Assembly (NCBI GenBank): GCA_009692305.1
Contig: SHZK01000004.1
Coordinates: 128,738 to 192,737, forward strand
Direction: 5' to 3'
Length of the DNA stretch: 64,000 bases
Source of the DNA: Gammaproteobacteria bacterium
GTDB taxonomy: Bacteria > Pseudomonadota > Gammaproteobacteria > Pseudomonadales > Pseudohongiellaceae
Part shown: positions 34,874 to 45,802 of the stretch, in pieces
How the letters are laid out: the number at the start of each line of letters is the position of its first letter
Position numbering within the stretch: the first letter of the stretch is position 1
Program-made: the position numbers and the translations under genes
The notes under the pieces: generated by a model
What the model saw: only the letters and a program-made list of their open reading frames with translations
What the model was told of the DNA's origin: nothing
Database searches by the model: none

Positions 34874-36013
34874 TTGCGCAGCAAATTACCTAACGTTGGC
34901 ACCACTATCTTCACTGTCATGTCGAAGATGGCGCAGGATTACCAGGCAATAAATCTGTCACAGGGCTTTCCTGATTTCGACTGCCCCGAACGGCTGAAAG
35001 AACTGGTAGCGCACTATCTGCATGATCGCAAGAACCAGTATCCACCGATGGTCGGCATTCCAGTGCTGCGTGACCGCATTGCCGAGAAAGTGCAGGGCTT
35101 ATATGGCTATTCTGCGAATCCGGAAACAGAAGTTACCGTAACGTCGGGTGCCACCGAAGCATTGTTCGACGCGATACAGGCAACAGTGGCAATTGGTGAT
35201 GAGGTCATCGTCTTCGATCCCGCCTACGACTCGTATGAACCTGCGATTCAGCTTAGCGGCGGCAAGGCAATCCGCATTCCCCTGCGCTTGCCAGACTACA
35301 GCGTGGACTGGAATCAGGTTGAGAGTGCCATAACTGCGCGCACGCGGCTGATCATAATCAATACACCACATAATCCGTGCGGCACCATACTCACGAAAGC
35401 AGATCTGGACCACCTGGCTACTGTGATTCGAAATCACGATATCCTGGTTTTATCTGATGAAGTGTATGAGCACATGGTGTTTGACGGCCAGCAGCATCAG
35501 AGCGTGCTGGGCCATGCGGAACTTAAATCCAAAAGCTTCGCGGTCTTTTCATTTGGCAAAACCTATCACGCCACTGGCTGGAAACTTGCCTACTGTGTTG
35601 CCAGCCCGGAGCTCACCAGGGAGTTTCGCAAAGTACATCAGTTTGTCACTTTTACCACTTCCAGTTTTGTTCAATATGGGCTCGCTGACTTCATGCTGGA
35701 ATGTCCGCAACACGCCAGACAGCTTCCCCGGTTCTATGAACAGAAACGCGATACATTCTGCAAATTGATTGCCGATTCGCGCTTCAAATTCAAACCTTCC
35801 CAAGGCACCTATTTTCAGCTGGTGGACTATAGTGCCATCAGCACTGACGACGACGTCACCTTTGTTAATCGCATGACTCAACAACATGGTGTCGCTGCGA
35901 TTCCGCTGTCACCGTTCTATGCCATAGCGCCAGCCACGAAAATAATCCGATTCTGTTTTTGCAAGGATGATTCAACCCTGGAGAAGGCCGCAACAATTCT
36001 GCGCAGCCTGTAA
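34874..36013 (+). CDS. PLP-dependent aminotransferase, YbdL (methionine aminotransferase)-like
   Basis: SKLPNVGTTIFTVMSKMA.., NLSQGFPDF, NTPHNPCG, PLP-lysine context SFGKTYHATGWK. TTG start 6 nt after the tolC stop. Confidence 0.8.
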   Translation: MRSKLPNVGTTIFTVMSKMAQDYQAINLSQGFPDFDCPERLKELVAHYLHDRKNQYPPMVGIPVLRDRIAEKVQGLYGYSANPETEVTVTSGATEALFDAIQATVAIGDEVIVFDPAYDSYEPAIQLSGGKAIRIPLRLPDYSVDWNQVESAITARTRLIIINTPHNPCGTILTKADLDHLATVIRNHDILVLSDEVYEHMVFDGQQHQSVLGHAELKSKSFAVFSFGKTYHATGWKLAYCVASPELTREFRKVHQFVTFTTSSFVQYGLADFMLECPQHARQLPRFYEQKRDTFCKLIADSRFKFKPSQGTYFQLVDYSAISTDDDVTFVNRMTQQHGVAAIPLSPFYAIAPATKIIRFCFCKDDSTLEKAATILRSL

Positions 36014-36020
36014 CTGCGCA

Positions 36021-37088
36021 ATGAACAAACCTTCTTTAACTCCACCGGCTTTAAAAACCCTGGCTTCTGACATAAAGCGCTGGGGTGTGGAGCTGGGGTT
36101 TCAGCAAGTCGCCATTACCGACATCGATCTCACCGCCTACGAACCGAAATTACGCGCCTGGATCGAACACAATTTTCACGGCGAAATGAGCTACATGGCG
36201 CGCAATCATGAGCTACGCAGTCATCCTGAACAATTGTTACCGGGAACCATTCGGGTCATTTGCGTGCGCATGGACTATGCCAGGGAACTGGAAAATTCTT
36301 TCTCTCCCCTGCAAGACGGTACTAAAGCCTATGTCGCACGTTATGCGCGTGGACGTGACTATCACAAGGTAATGCGCAAGCGCCTGCAGAGCCTGGCTGA
36401 GAAAATCGAGGCAATTGCTGGCCCCATCGGTTACCGGGCCTTCGTCGACAGCGCTCCGGTACTGGAAAGAGCCCTCGCAGAAAAATCTGGTATGGGGTGG
36501 ATCGGCAAGAATACGATGCTCATCAATAAACAGGCGGGCTCGTGGTTTTTACTTGGTGAATTGTTTACGGATCTCCCGCTTCCAATCGATCAGCAAGAGA
36601 GCGATCACTGCGGCACCTGTCACGCCTGCCTGGATATTTGTCCGACGCAGGCTTTCGTGCGACCAAACCTGCTGGATGCGACTCGGTGCATTTCCTATCT
36701 GACCATCGAACTGCGCTCTTCGATTCCGGTGGAGTTTCGGCGCGCCATGGGCAACCGTATTTTCGGTTGTGATGATTGTCAGCTCGTCTGTCCCTGGAAC
36801 AAGTTCACACGACTGAGCGAAGAAAAGGCTTTTACACCCCGACATGCGCTCGATGATGTACAACTTGTTGAGTTGTTCAACTGGACTGAATCCGAGTTTT
36901 TACAGAATACAGCTGGCTCTCCCATCAGACGTATCGGCTATGAGTGCTGGTTACGCAACATTGCCATTGCGCTTGGTAATGCGCCAGACACGCCCGCGGT
37001 AATTGCGGCGCTGCACAGCAGGCGCCTCAGTGACTCGGCTTTGGTACGTGAGCATGTGGAGTGGGCGTTGCAGCAACACCGACAATAG
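36021..37088 (+). CDS. queG: Epoxyqueuosine reductase
   Basis: 4Fe-4S motifs CGTCHACLDICP and CDDCQLVCPWNKF, plus C-terminal HEAT-like repeats. The ATG at 36021 lies just after the upstream stop. Confidence 0.9.
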   Translation: MNKPSLTPPALKTLASDIKRWGVELGFQQVAITDIDLTAYEPKLRAWIEHNFHGEMSYMARNHELRSHPEQLLPGTIRVICVRMDYARELENSFSPLQDGTKAYVARYARGRDYHKVMRKRLQSLAEKIEAIAGPIGYRAFVDSAPVLERALAEKSGMGWIGKNTMLINKQAGSWFLLGELFTDLPLPIDQQESDHCGTCHACLDICPTQAFVRPNLLDATRCISYLTIELRSSIPVEFRRAMGNRIFGCDDCQLVCPWNKFTRLSEEKAFTPRHALDDVQLVELFNWTESEFLQNTAGSPIRRIGYECWLRNIAIALGNAPDTPAVIAALHSRRLSDSALVREHVEWALQQHRQ

Positions 37089-37131
37089 CGCCAGCAGCAT
37101 CACGCGCAACAAGCGTCAAAGGAGTATGCAG

Positions 37132-37674
37132 TCAGTGGGCGATAAAATGTTCGCGATAGTAGCGTAACTCATTAACAGAATCCCTGATGTCAGCCAGCGC
37201 CTGATGGCTGCTCTGCTTCACCAGCCCGTCCAGCAGATCCGGTTTCCATCTGCGCACCAGTTCCTTCAGTGTACTCACATCGAGATTGCGGTAATGGAAA
37301 TAGCTTTCCAGTTCAGGCATGTGCTTCGCCATGAAGCGACGATCCTGGCAAATACTGTTGCCGCACAAGGGCGACGCATTTTTCACGGAATACTGATCGA
37401 GAAATTTAATGGTTTGACGAGTGGCTTCCTGTTCGTCAATGACACTATTTTTTACCCGCTCAATTAAACCCGAAGCGCCATGATGTTGTTGATTCCAGGC
37501 ATCCATGGCGGCCAAAGCGGTATCCGTTTGTTTGATAGCGAGAGTTGGTCCTTCTGCCAGGATATTCAATTGCGCGTCAGTGACGAGCGTGGCTATTTCG
37601 ATTATCAGATCTGTTTCCGGTTTTAATCCGGTCATCTCCAGATCAAGCCAGATGAGATTCAGTTGTTTGTTCAT
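37132..37674 (-). CDS. orn: Oligoribonuclease
   Basis: [12 protein letters not shown].., 180 aa, DEDDh exonuclease motifs ([10 protein letters not shown]). Divergent from rsgA as in enterics. Confidence 0.95.
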   Translation of the reverse strand: MNKQLNLIWLDLEMTGLKPETDLIIEIATLVTDAQLNILAEGPTLAIKQTDTALAAMDAWNQQHHGASGLIERVKNSVIDEQEATRQTIKFLDQYSVKNASPLCGNSICQDRRFMAKHMPELESYFHYRNLDVSTLKELVRRWKPDLLDGLVKQSSHQALADIRDSVNELRYYREHFIAH

Positions 37675-37868
37675 AATTGCCGAGTGAAGTTATAACGAGG
37701 TCAGGAATTGTAGCAAAGCTTCCCCCACGCGAATATGTAATAATCCTCGCGCTCAATCTACGGCGACTGCTCGCTAACGCGTGGCACGATAACAGTTTGC
37801 GCAGCGACTGATATTGCAGAACCAGTTTTCAAAAATACTGTACTCACAAACCCTGATTCCACCAAACC

Positions 37869-38876
37869 ATGACTAAACGCCGACTAAGCCAGCGCCAACA
37901 AACGCGAATCGTTGAGAAACAGCAACGCGAGCTCGTGGGCGCACCAGGTGCAGACACGTCGGCGACGCCAATCAACAAGTGCAATGGCAGGGTGATCAGT
38001 CATTTTGGTCAGCAACTGGATGTTGAAGCATTGCCGGTGGATGCTACCCAAGCTCCCGTGCGCTGTTTTCAACGGGCAAATTTGCCGGCGCTGGTGACTG
38101 GTGACCTGGTGGTGTGGGAGGCAGGCGAAGCCAATACTGGGGTAATTGTGGTGGCAGCAAAACGCAGCAGCGTATTCGGCCGTCCTGCTTTCGATGGCAA
38201 TTTCAAACCCATGGCCGCCAATATCGACCAGGTGCTGGTCATTATCGCGCCGCTACCCGAACCGTTCATGAACCTGATAGATCGCTATCTGGCGGCCATC
38301 GAAGCGCTCGGTCTTAACGCGGCGCTGGTTTTGAATAAATGCGATCTGACCACAGAGTTAGCGCAGTTCGACTTGGACAAGATGTTGTCGCTATATGAAG
38401 CCTGCGGTTACGCGGTGTACCGGGTCTCGGCATTGGATGGTTCTGGCTTCGATCGGCTGCAACAGTCCCTCCGCGGCCAGACTACCGTACTGGTAGGTCA
38501 GTCCGGTGTCGGCAAGTCGTCTTTGATAAACCGGCTTGGGCGGGGGGATGAGGCGCTGGTGGGCGCGCTTTCGGAAGCCAAGGCCAAAGGTACCCACACC
38601 ACCACGACCGCGAAGTTGTTCCATCTGCCGGAGCTGGACCTCATCGACTCACCTGGCATACGTGAGTTCAGTCTGGGGCATATTACGCCGGCACAACTGT
38701 TCGACGGCTTCCGGGAATTCCGCCAATGTGCGGGACACTGTAAATTCCGTGACTGCAAGCATCGCACCGAACCCGGTTGTGCAATTCTGGCAGCGGTTGC
38801 CAGGGGCGAGATCGCCCAGCAACGACTCGACAGCTACTTTCAGATTCTGCAGACAATCGGCGGCGGTAGCGAGTAA
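37869..38876 (+). CDS. rsgA: Ribosome small-subunit-dependent GTPase A
   Basis: Circularly permuted GTPase (LNKCDL before GQSGVGKSSLIN) and a C-terminal zinc knuckle CKFRDCKHRTEPGC. Confidence 0.95.
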   Translation: MTKRRLSQRQQTRIVEKQQRELVGAPGADTSATPINKCNGRVISHFGQQLDVEALPVDATQAPVRCFQRANLPALVTGDLVVWEAGEANTGVIVVAAKRSSVFGRPAFDGNFKPMAANIDQVLVIIAPLPEPFMNLIDRYLAAIEALGLNAALVLNKCDLTTELAQFDLDKMLSLYEACGYAVYRVSALDGSGFDRLQQSLRGQTTVLVGQSGVGKSSLINRLGRGDEALVGALSEAKAKGTHTTTTAKLFHLPELDLIDSPGIREFSLGHITPAQLFDGFREFRQCAGHCKFRDCKHRTEPGCAILAAVARGEIAQQRLDSYFQILQTIGGGSE

Positions 38877-38953
38877 GCGCGCTACTATATGTGCCGACCT
38901 GTTAGTGTTTAGTGCTCATTTGGAAATAATTTAGCCATGAACCCTACCTCTTT

Positions 38954-39793
38954 ATGAAATCAAAACCGTTACCGCTCATTCTTGAAGTTGACCAATTGCA
39001 CGACCTGTTGCCGGCCGCGAACTTGCTGCCCGTCGCAGTATGTCAAGCGTCGGTATTTGCCGCTCAGCACATAACAGGTTCGGCGCTGGTGCAACCAGCA
39101 GAACTGGTGAGTGGCATCAGGCCGGCAGTGGGCAAGCTTCCCACTGTTGCCCAATTGAGCGCACTGTTTTCCCGCATCGGGCTGACTCCGGAAACTCATG
39201 TCATCGCATACGATGATGAAGGCGGTGGTTGGGCCGGACGCCTGATCTGGACCCTGGATGTGATTGGCCATAAGCGCTACTCCTACCTGAATGGCGGCTT
39301 GATAGCCTGGTTCGCTGCCGGCTATCCGATGCAGTCCGGGTCGGACCCGGTGCCACCGACGCAATACACTGCCACCATCGACCAATCGCAACTGTTGACT
39401 CTGGCCCAGGTGGAGCAACAGCTAAGCAATCCGGACGCGATTGTGTGGGATGCGCGGGGTAGCGATGAATTCGCCGGCACCAAGCTCACCGCTATCCGTA
39501 ATGGCCACATTCCCAATGCCGTGAACCTGGACTGGCTGGAGCTAATGGATCGGCACAATGACCTGCGCTTGCTGCCGCTGCCTGTAATTGCGGCGCGTCT
39601 GGACGCACTCGGTATCACAGCAGGGAAGCAAATCATCACCCATTGTCATACCCATCATCGTTCCGGGCTTACCTATCTGGTCGGCAAGGCCTTGGGTATG
39701 GACATCAAGGCCTATGACGGCTCCTGGGCGGAATGGGGCAACCACCCCGACACTCCTGTAGTCGCCGCAAGTGCCACCAGCGCAGGTACCTGA
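38954..39793 (+). CDS. Tandem-rhodanese sulfurtransferase (thiosulfate/3-mercaptopyruvate type)
   Basis: Two rhodanese modules. The active-site loop is ITHCHTHHRSG in the second module. GHIPNAVNL is also present. Confidence 0.8.
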   Translation: MKSKPLPLILEVDQLHDLLPAANLLPVAVCQASVFAAQHITGSALVQPAELVSGIRPAVGKLPTVAQLSALFSRIGLTPETHVIAYDDEGGGWAGRLIWTLDVIGHKRYSYLNGGLIAWFAAGYPMQSGSDPVPPTQYTATIDQSQLLTLAQVEQQLSNPDAIVWDARGSDEFAGTKLTAIRNGHIPNAVNLDWLELMDRHNDLRLLPLPVIAARLDALGITAGKQIITHCHTHHRSGLTYLVGKALGMDIKAYDGSWAEWGNHPDTPVVAASATSAGT

Positions 39794-39797
39794 ATAG

Positions 39798-40667
39798 ATG
39801 TCACGCTGGTTTGTGTATCTGCAATACATCCTGCCCCAACAAAGCCTGTCACGAGTGGTAGGTATGCTGGCCAACGCTCGCTTCGGTCGCACCCTGTTCA
39901 TGCGCGCCTTTATCAGGCGCTATCGGGTCGATATGGCAGAGTCTGCAACCACTCGCCTGGACCAGTTCGAAAACTTCAATGGCTTCTTTACCCGCGCCTT
40001 GCGCCCAGGCTGTCGACCACTGGCGCCCGCGGTTGATGCCATTTTGTGCCCAGCGGACGGTTGTATCAGTCAGCTCGGTGCCATCGATCAGGATCGAATT
40101 TTCCAGGCCAAGGGACACAGCTACACCACTACTGAACTGCTGGGTGGCGACGCTGCACTGGCGCAGGCTTTTCGCAATGGCAGCTTCGCCACTGTGTACC
40201 TGTCGCCCCGCGATTATCACCGGGTGCATATGCCCATGGCCGGGACGCTGACCAGCATGGTGTATGTGCCGGGCAAGTTGTTTTCAGTAAATGAGGCCAC
40301 TGCCGCCCAGGTGCCAGGCCTGTTTGCGCGCAATGAACGCCTGGTCTGTATGTTCGATACCACAGCCGGACCGATGGCTGTGATTCTGGTAGGTGCGATG
40401 ATCGTAGCCGCGATTGAAACAGTATGGTGTGGGCAGGTATGTCCTGGCCCGCAGCAGCAACGCCAATTTTCCAGGGATTATCGCGCGCATACGCCCCGTT
40501 TGAGCTATGCCGCTGGCACCGAAATGGGGCGCTTCAAACTTGGCTCTACTGCTATCGTATTATTTCCGCCGGGGGCAGTAGAATTAGACCCGGCACTGCA
40601 AGCAGGTTCACCAGTCCGTATGGGCCAGTTACTGGCGCGACAAATCAACAACAGGAAAATCTCATGA
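39798..40667 (+). CDS. psd: Phosphatidylserine decarboxylase proenzyme
   Basis: [13 protein letters not shown] and the self-cleavage motif [11 protein letters not shown] near the C-terminus. Confidence 0.95.
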   Translation: MSRWFVYLQYILPQQSLSRVVGMLANARFGRTLFMRAFIRRYRVDMAESATTRLDQFENFNGFFTRALRPGCRPLAPAVDAILCPADGCISQLGAIDQDRIFQAKGHSYTTTELLGGDAALAQAFRNGSFATVYLSPRDYHRVHMPMAGTLTSMVYVPGKLFSVNEATAAQVPGLFARNERLVCMFDTTAGPMAVILVGAMIVAAIETVWCGQVCPGPQQQRQFSRDYRAHTPRLSYAAGTEMGRFKLGSTAIVLFPPGAVELDPALQAGSPVRMGQLLARQINNRKIS

Positions 40668-41335
40668 CACAGGATGAACTGAAACAAGCAGTTGCCCGGG
40701 CTGCTTTCGAATACGTTGCAAGCAAACTGGAAAATGACACCATTCTTGGTATCGGTACCGGCTCTACAGCCAACTTATTTATCGCCGAACTTGGCAAGAT
40801 TAAGCACGATGTTTCCGGCACGGTAGCAAGCTCAGAAGAATCCGCGCGACGCCTGCGTGCACTGAATATTCCAGTCTATAATTTGAACAGCGTGGATCGC
40901 GTTGACATGTATGTCGATGGTGCTGATGAAGCGAATGAGTACTTGCACTTGATTAAAGGTGGCGGCGCCGCGCTCACCCGCGAAAAGATTATAGCTGCCG
41001 TGTCGGACGAGTTTATATGTATAGCCGATGAATCAAAATTGGTGCCAATTCTCGGCAAATTCCCTCTGCCGGTGGAAGTGATTCCGATGGCTCGCAGCTA
41101 TGTGGCGCGCCAGATCGTAAAGCTTGGAGGAGATCCGGTATATCGTGAAGGCTGCGTCACGGATAACGGCAACCATATCCTCGATATTTACAATATGCAG
41201 ATCGTGAATCCGCGCGAACTGGAACAACAGTTAAACCAGATAACAGGCGTCGTCACTAATGGATTATTTGCCGTGCGGGGAGCGGATCGCCTGATTTTAG
41301 GGACAATAACAGGCATCAAGACATACCTGCCTTGA
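40664..41335 (+). CDS. rpiA: Ribose-5-phosphate isomerase A
   Basis: [48 protein letters not shown]. The ATG overlaps the psd TGA (ATGA). The 80-aa upstream extension in the ORF track is an overlap artefact. Confidence 0.95.
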   Translation: MTQDELKQAVARAAFEYVASKLENDTILGIGTGSTANLFIAELGKIKHDVSGTVASSEESARRLRALNIPVYNLNSVDRVDMYVDGADEANEYLHLIKGGGAALTREKIIAAVSDEFICIADESKLVPILGKFPLPVEVIPMARSYVARQIVKLGGDPVYREGCVTDNGNHILDIYNMQIVNPRELEQQLNQITGVVTNGLFAVRGADRLILGTITGIKTYLP

Positions 41336-41530
41336 AAAAACAGAAGTGCTTCGGCTTATTGCGCGGGCGCTTGCAGCTGCAGACTCTGGACGGGATGAAA
41401 CGTGTTAGCAACCTTCGTTGGGGGCGAAAGCTCCTCTCTTAATTCTCTCGAACAAGATTTCTAGTACAGTTTCAGTCTCAATCCAAAGCCATGCTTTCAA
41501 TAACCTGGCAAATAGGAGAAAGAGGTATTG

Positions 41531-41740
41531 CTAGAGCGGATTAACGTTTTCCGCTTGCGGCCCTTTTTGACCCTGAGTAACTTCCATCGTTACTTTCTGA
41601 CCTTCATGCAGCGTTCTTCGTCCAGAACCATTAATGGCGCTGAAATGTACGAATACGTCCTTGCCACCTTCCTGCTCTATGAAGCCGAATCCTTTCTCAT
41701 CATTAAACCACTTAACTGTGCCTTCTACTGTGTCTGCCAT
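41531..41740 (-). CDS. Cold-shock protein, CspA family
   Basis: [36 protein letters not shown] contains the RNP1/RNP2 motifs. 69 aa, preceded by a ~210-nt leader region. Confidence 0.95.
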   Translation of the reverse strand: MADTVEGTVKWFNDEKGFGFIEQEGGKDVFVHFSAINGSGRRTLHEGQKVTMEVTQGQKGPQAENVNPL

Positions 41741-41954
41741 ATAACTCTCGTGCTATAAAGATTATGAAAATCGGATTGATGCGCGCACCAACCCCGCGGT
41801 CAAAAAGCAACCGAGGAATTAGTGTACGCCTATAATCTGGCTTAAGGAAACCGAAATTGTCGTAAATTGTAACGAAAATGCGGGGCTTGATAACCGGTCT
41901 TAGCAGACTGTTCCTACGCGCAAATTCGACTGAATAGTGGGGCTTAACGAGTGC

Positions 41955-43355
41955 TCAGCCATCCACCAGCTTGCCGGGGTTCATTATATTATTTGGATCA
42001 AACAGTCGCTTGATGGCGCGCATGTATTCCACTTCCTGCTCCGACCGGGAGTAGCGCAGAAACGGTTTCTTCAACAAGCCAACGCCATGTTCCGCCGACA
42101 CACTGCCGCCATGTTGTTGCACCAGTTCGAATACCTGTACGGACACGCTTGCGCACTGCTCAAAGAATAGTGCCGCTGGCAAGGCATCGGGTTTCAGAAT
42201 ATTCAAATGGACGTTACCGTCACCAATATGGCCGAACCAGATAATTTCAAAATCCGGGTAGCGCTCTGACACTAACGCATCAACTTGCCGCAAGAACTCC
42301 GGAATCTTTGACACTTTTACCGAGATGTCATTTTTATACGGAGTGAATTTGGCAATCGTTTCGGAAATGTCTTCGCGCAAGCGCCAGAGGTTTTGCGCCT
42401 GGGTCGAGTTCTGGCTGATGGTACCGTCTACGATCCAACCGGAATTCATACACGACTCGAAAGTCGTCATGGCAGTTTCCAGATCCTGCTCTGAATAATT
42501 TTCAAACTCCACCACTGTGTAATATTCACACTCGGTGGCGAATGGGCGCGTCAGTCCTTTTTCCGCAAGCACATGCCGCAGCGCTTTTTCTGAAAAGAAT
42601 TCAAACGCGGTTAGTTTTAACCGGTTTTGAAATTCCTGTAACACCGGCATTGCCGCTGCCATATTTTCGATACCCAGGACCATCACTGTTGGATCTTTCG
42701 GCTTGCTGCATAAACTCAGTGTGACTTCAACTATCAGACCGAGCGTTCCTTCAGAACCGATAAACAGGTGGCGGAAATCATAGCCAGTGGCGTTCTTGAT
42801 CAATCCCCGATTGAGATCAAGTAGTTCTCCTGAGCCAGTGACTACCTTGAGCCCCTGTACCCAGTTACGCGTCATACCATAGCGAATTACCTTGATGCCG
42901 CCCGCATTGGTCGCGACATTACCGCCTATCTGACTGGACCCGGACGAGGCGAAATCGACCGGATAGAATAGGCCTTGCTGTTCCGCATACTGTTGTAATT
43001 GTTCCGTTACGACGCCGGCTTCGCACACCACCTGCCTGTCGCTGGCATTGAAATCACAAATCTTGTTCATGCGATCCATGGCAACCACTAACTCGCCATT
43101 GCTGGCAACCGCACCACCACTGAGACCGGTGCGACCGCCGGAAGGAACCACCGCCACCTGCAGTTGATTTGCCAGTTTCACTATGGCAATAACGGCGTCG
43201 ATGCTATTGGGCAAGACTATCGCTGTCGGTTGCGGTGGATAGATTTTGGTCCAGTCCTTACCGTAGGCAACGAGATCTGCCGCTTCGGTTTTCACCCATT
43301 CCGCACCAACGATATCTGTAAGCTGCCGCAGCAGATCAGCAATACTGCATTTCAT
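41955..43355 (-). CDS. FAD-linked oxidase (GlcD/D-2-hydroxyglutarate dehydrogenase-like)
   Basis: FAD PCMH-type domain (VVPSGGRTGLSGGAV) and C-terminal SAEHGVGLLK. The start is taken at MKCSIADLL (43355). Divergent from serA. Confidence 0.8.
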   Translation of the reverse strand: MKCSIADLLRQLTDIVGAEWVKTEAADLVAYGKDWTKIYPPQPTAIVLPNSIDAVIAIVKLANQLQVAVVPSGGRTGLSGGAVASNGELVVAMDRMNKICDFNASDRQVVCEAGVVTEQLQQYAEQQGLFYPVDFASSGSSQIGGNVATNAGGIKVIRYGMTRNWVQGLKVVTGSGELLDLNRGLIKNATGYDFRHLFIGSEGTLGLIVEVTLSLCSKPKDPTVMVLGIENMAAAMPVLQEFQNRLKLTAFEFFSEKALRHVLAEKGLTRPFATECEYYTVVEFENYSEQDLETAMTTFESCMNSGWIVDGTISQNSTQAQNLWRLREDISETIAKFTPYKNDISVKVSKIPEFLRQVDALVSERYPDFEIIWFGHIGDGNVHLNILKPDALPAALFFEQCASVSVQVFELVQQHGGSVSAEHGVGLLKKPFLRYSRSEQEVEYMRAIKRLFDPNNIMNPGKLVDG

Positions 43356-43529
43356 CAAGATTATTCCTGTCAGCCTGGCCGCACTGGTATAGGGGAGGAG
43401 CAGGAAAACAGTTACTTTGCCACCCTGCTGCTTTTCGACCTTGGTAAATATGTTACCATGCGCCCGCTTTTTCAGCATTGCGCATAGCAATATCTCATTC
43501 GTACAGCAGACATTTCTGCGCAGGTTTTC

Positions 43530-44759
43530 ATGCAGCCCACTTCATTCGAAAAACGTAAAATCAAATTCCTGTTATTGGAGGGAATCCATCCGAATGCGGT
43601 GTTGGCACTGAACCGGGCTGGTTATGAGAACGTGGAGTCGCTGCAGACTTCACTGGAAGGCGACGCACTGCTGTCCAGAATTGCAGATGCGCATTTCCTT
43701 GGCATTCGCTCACGCACACAGCTGGATGAAACCGCATTTGCCGCCGCTACCAAATTACAGGCCGTGGGCTGTTTCTGCATTGGCACCAATCAGGTTGACC
43801 TCACCGCCGCCTTGATTCGCGGCATCCCCATATTCAATGCGCCTTTTTCCAATACTCGCAGTGTGGCGGAACTGGTCATTGGCCAGGCGATTCTTTTGTT
43901 ACGCGGCATTCCTGAAAAGAATGCGTTGCTGCATCGCGGTATCTGGCAGAAGCTCGCCCACGGCTCTTATGAGGCCAGGGGCAAGAAACTTGGCATCGTC
44001 GGCTACGGCAACATCGGTTCACAGCTGAGCGTTCTCGCCGAATCCATGGGGATGAAAGTTTACCTGTACGACGTGGTCAACAAGCTGCCTCTCGGTAATG
44101 CTGTGCAAGTGGATTCATTGCAGACACTGATGAGCGAATGCGATGTCGTGACTCTGCACGTGCCTGAAACTCCTCACACCCAGAATATGATTGCCGCCAA
44201 ACAACTGCAATGGATGAAGCCCGGCTCGGTCTTTATCAATGCTTCGCGCGGCACTGTCGTCAATATCGACGATTTGACTACCGCATTGAAGGACAAAAAA
44301 ATCGCCGGAGCTGCAATCGATGTGTTTCCGTCTGAACCGAAGTCTAATGACGAAGAGTTCCTGTCACCACTGCGCGCGTTTGATAATTGCATCATCACTC
44401 CGCATGTAGGTGGCAGCACGATTGAGGCACAAGAAAACATCGGCTTTGAAGTGAGTGAAAAGCTGATCAAGTACAGCGACAACGGTTCCAGTTTTACTGC
44501 AGTGAATTTCCCGGAAGTCGCACTACCGGCTCATCCAGGCAAACATCGCTTGCTGCACATCCACCAGAACGTGCCGGGCGTGCTCAGCGAGATCAATACA
44601 ATATTCTCGGAATCCGGCATCAATATCATTTCACAGTATCTGCAAACCAATGACCGGGTGGGTTATGTCGTGATGGATATTGATGTGCAGTCCAGCGAAC
44701 TTGCCCTTGAAAAACTCAATCTCGTGCGCGGCACCATTCGCAGTCGGGTACTGTTCTAG
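43530..44759 (+). CDS. serA: D-3-phosphoglycerate dehydrogenase (long form with an ACT domain)
   Basis: 409 aa. KFLLLEGIH.., NAD motif GIVGYGNIGSQL, ..ITPHVGGST.., C-terminal ACT-like RLLHIHQNVPGVLSEI. Confidence 0.95.
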   Translation: MQPTSFEKRKIKFLLLEGIHPNAVLALNRAGYENVESLQTSLEGDALLSRIADAHFLGIRSRTQLDETAFAAATKLQAVGCFCIGTNQVDLTAALIRGIPIFNAPFSNTRSVAELVIGQAILLLRGIPEKNALLHRGIWQKLAHGSYEARGKKLGIVGYGNIGSQLSVLAESMGMKVYLYDVVNKLPLGNAVQVDSLQTLMSECDVVTLHVPETPHTQNMIAAKQLQWMKPGSVFINASRGTVVNIDDLTTALKDKKIAGAAIDVFPSEPKSNDEEFLSPLRAFDNCIITPHVGGSTIEAQENIGFEVSEKLIKYSDNGSSFTAVNFPEVALPAHPGKHRLLHIHQNVPGVLSEINTIFSESGINIISQYLQTNDRVGYVVMDIDVQSSELALEKLNLVRGTIRSRVLF

Positions 44760-44772
44760 AAAACAACCGCTC

Positions 44773-45744
44773 TCAATTGGTCGCTCCGGCAATAATCTCA
44801 TCAAGCGCGGCAAACACCCGCTCTCTATACGGCTGCGCTTCATTCACCAGATGATGGCCGGCGTCTGCGATCATGTAGATTTTCGCGCGGGGAAACTTGG
44901 CAAGAAATTGCCGCAAATTGTATTTCCAGTCTACAGTGCCATCGCCGCTGCCCTGAATAATGTGCAATGTCTGATTTGATAACGGGCTACGGGCAAAACG
45001 TCCCTGATAATCCACCATCGCCAATACCCAGTCACGTTGTAACACCCGACTTTGCAAAGCGTCGTTGTGTTGCAGAAAATTCAGAAACTCGGGATCATGA
45101 CTATTCCTGGCAAATTTTCGGCGCGTGGATTGCAGAAACCAGCGTGTAATCTGGAACAAAAGCTTGCTCCGGTACCAACTGTTAGAGCGCAATAGTGGCG
45201 CCAACAATACGTACGCTGCGAAATTGAAGCGGGTGGCCAGTTGCTCCTCCAGCAAGGCATCGATGATGATCGCGCCGCCGGTACTCTGTCCAATGATTGT
45301 CCAGAGACCATCTACCTGTTGCTGCTGCGCCAATTGCAGGCAAGCCAGTAACGCCGCAACATATTGGCGAAACGAACCGATACTGGCTTCGACTCCACTG
45401 GAAAGACCGTGCCCCGGAAGATCGAAAATAACCACGGAGAAACCGCTACGCAGACAGCGTCCGATGACGTGACTGTAAATACCAACATGGTCGAAATAAC
45501 CATGCACGAGGAACGTAGTCCCACGTTGTTGTGCAAGTGGCACTTGAAAGTGCTGACACACAATTTTAAATTTACCGCTCGCCAGATAACCAATGCTATG
45601 AGTGACCGGTTGCAGCGCGCTGCCGAAATTGAGACCGTAGAAGTTGCAGTATTTTTGCAATAGTTCACTGCGTGGCGCAGGAGTCTGAAGCTGCATCGCT
45701 CCAAGAGATTCCCGCAGCCTGCTTGCGTCCTCTTTGCTAAACAT
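44773..45744 (-). CDS. Alpha/beta hydrolase (lysophospholipase/monoglyceride lipase-like)
   Basis: HGYFDHVG, nucleophile elbow IIGQSTGG, C-terminal ADAGHHLVNE. Confidence 0.75.
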   Translation of the reverse strand: MFSKEDASRLRESLGAMQLQTPAPRSELLQKYCNFYGLNFGSALQPVTHSIGYLASGKFKIVCQHFQVPLAQQRGTTFLVHGYFDHVGIYSHVIGRCLRSGFSVVIFDLPGHGLSSGVEASIGSFRQYVAALLACLQLAQQQQVDGLWTIIGQSTGGAIIIDALLEEQLATRFNFAAYVLLAPLLRSNSWYRSKLLFQITRWFLQSTRRKFARNSHDPEFLNFLQHNDALQSRVLQRDWVLAMVDYQGRFARSPLSNQTLHIIQGSGDGTVDWKYNLRQFLAKFPRAKIYMIADAGHHLVNEAQPYRERVFAALDEIIAGATN

Positions 45745-45802
45745 GGTTACAGGCTCCAGAAATTACTGGTGACGGTGGCTATGCTAACGCCCCTAAACAG
45801 GC

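Noticed and set aside
40424-40663. 80-aa N-terminal extension of the rpiA ORF. Similar extensions occur at icd, ppiC, pgk, gap, queG, amtB, the FAD oxidase and comM.
   Set aside because: The extensions overlap the preceding gene or have no homology. The internal Met gives the canonical N-terminus and, where I checked, a better Shine-Dalgarno spacing.
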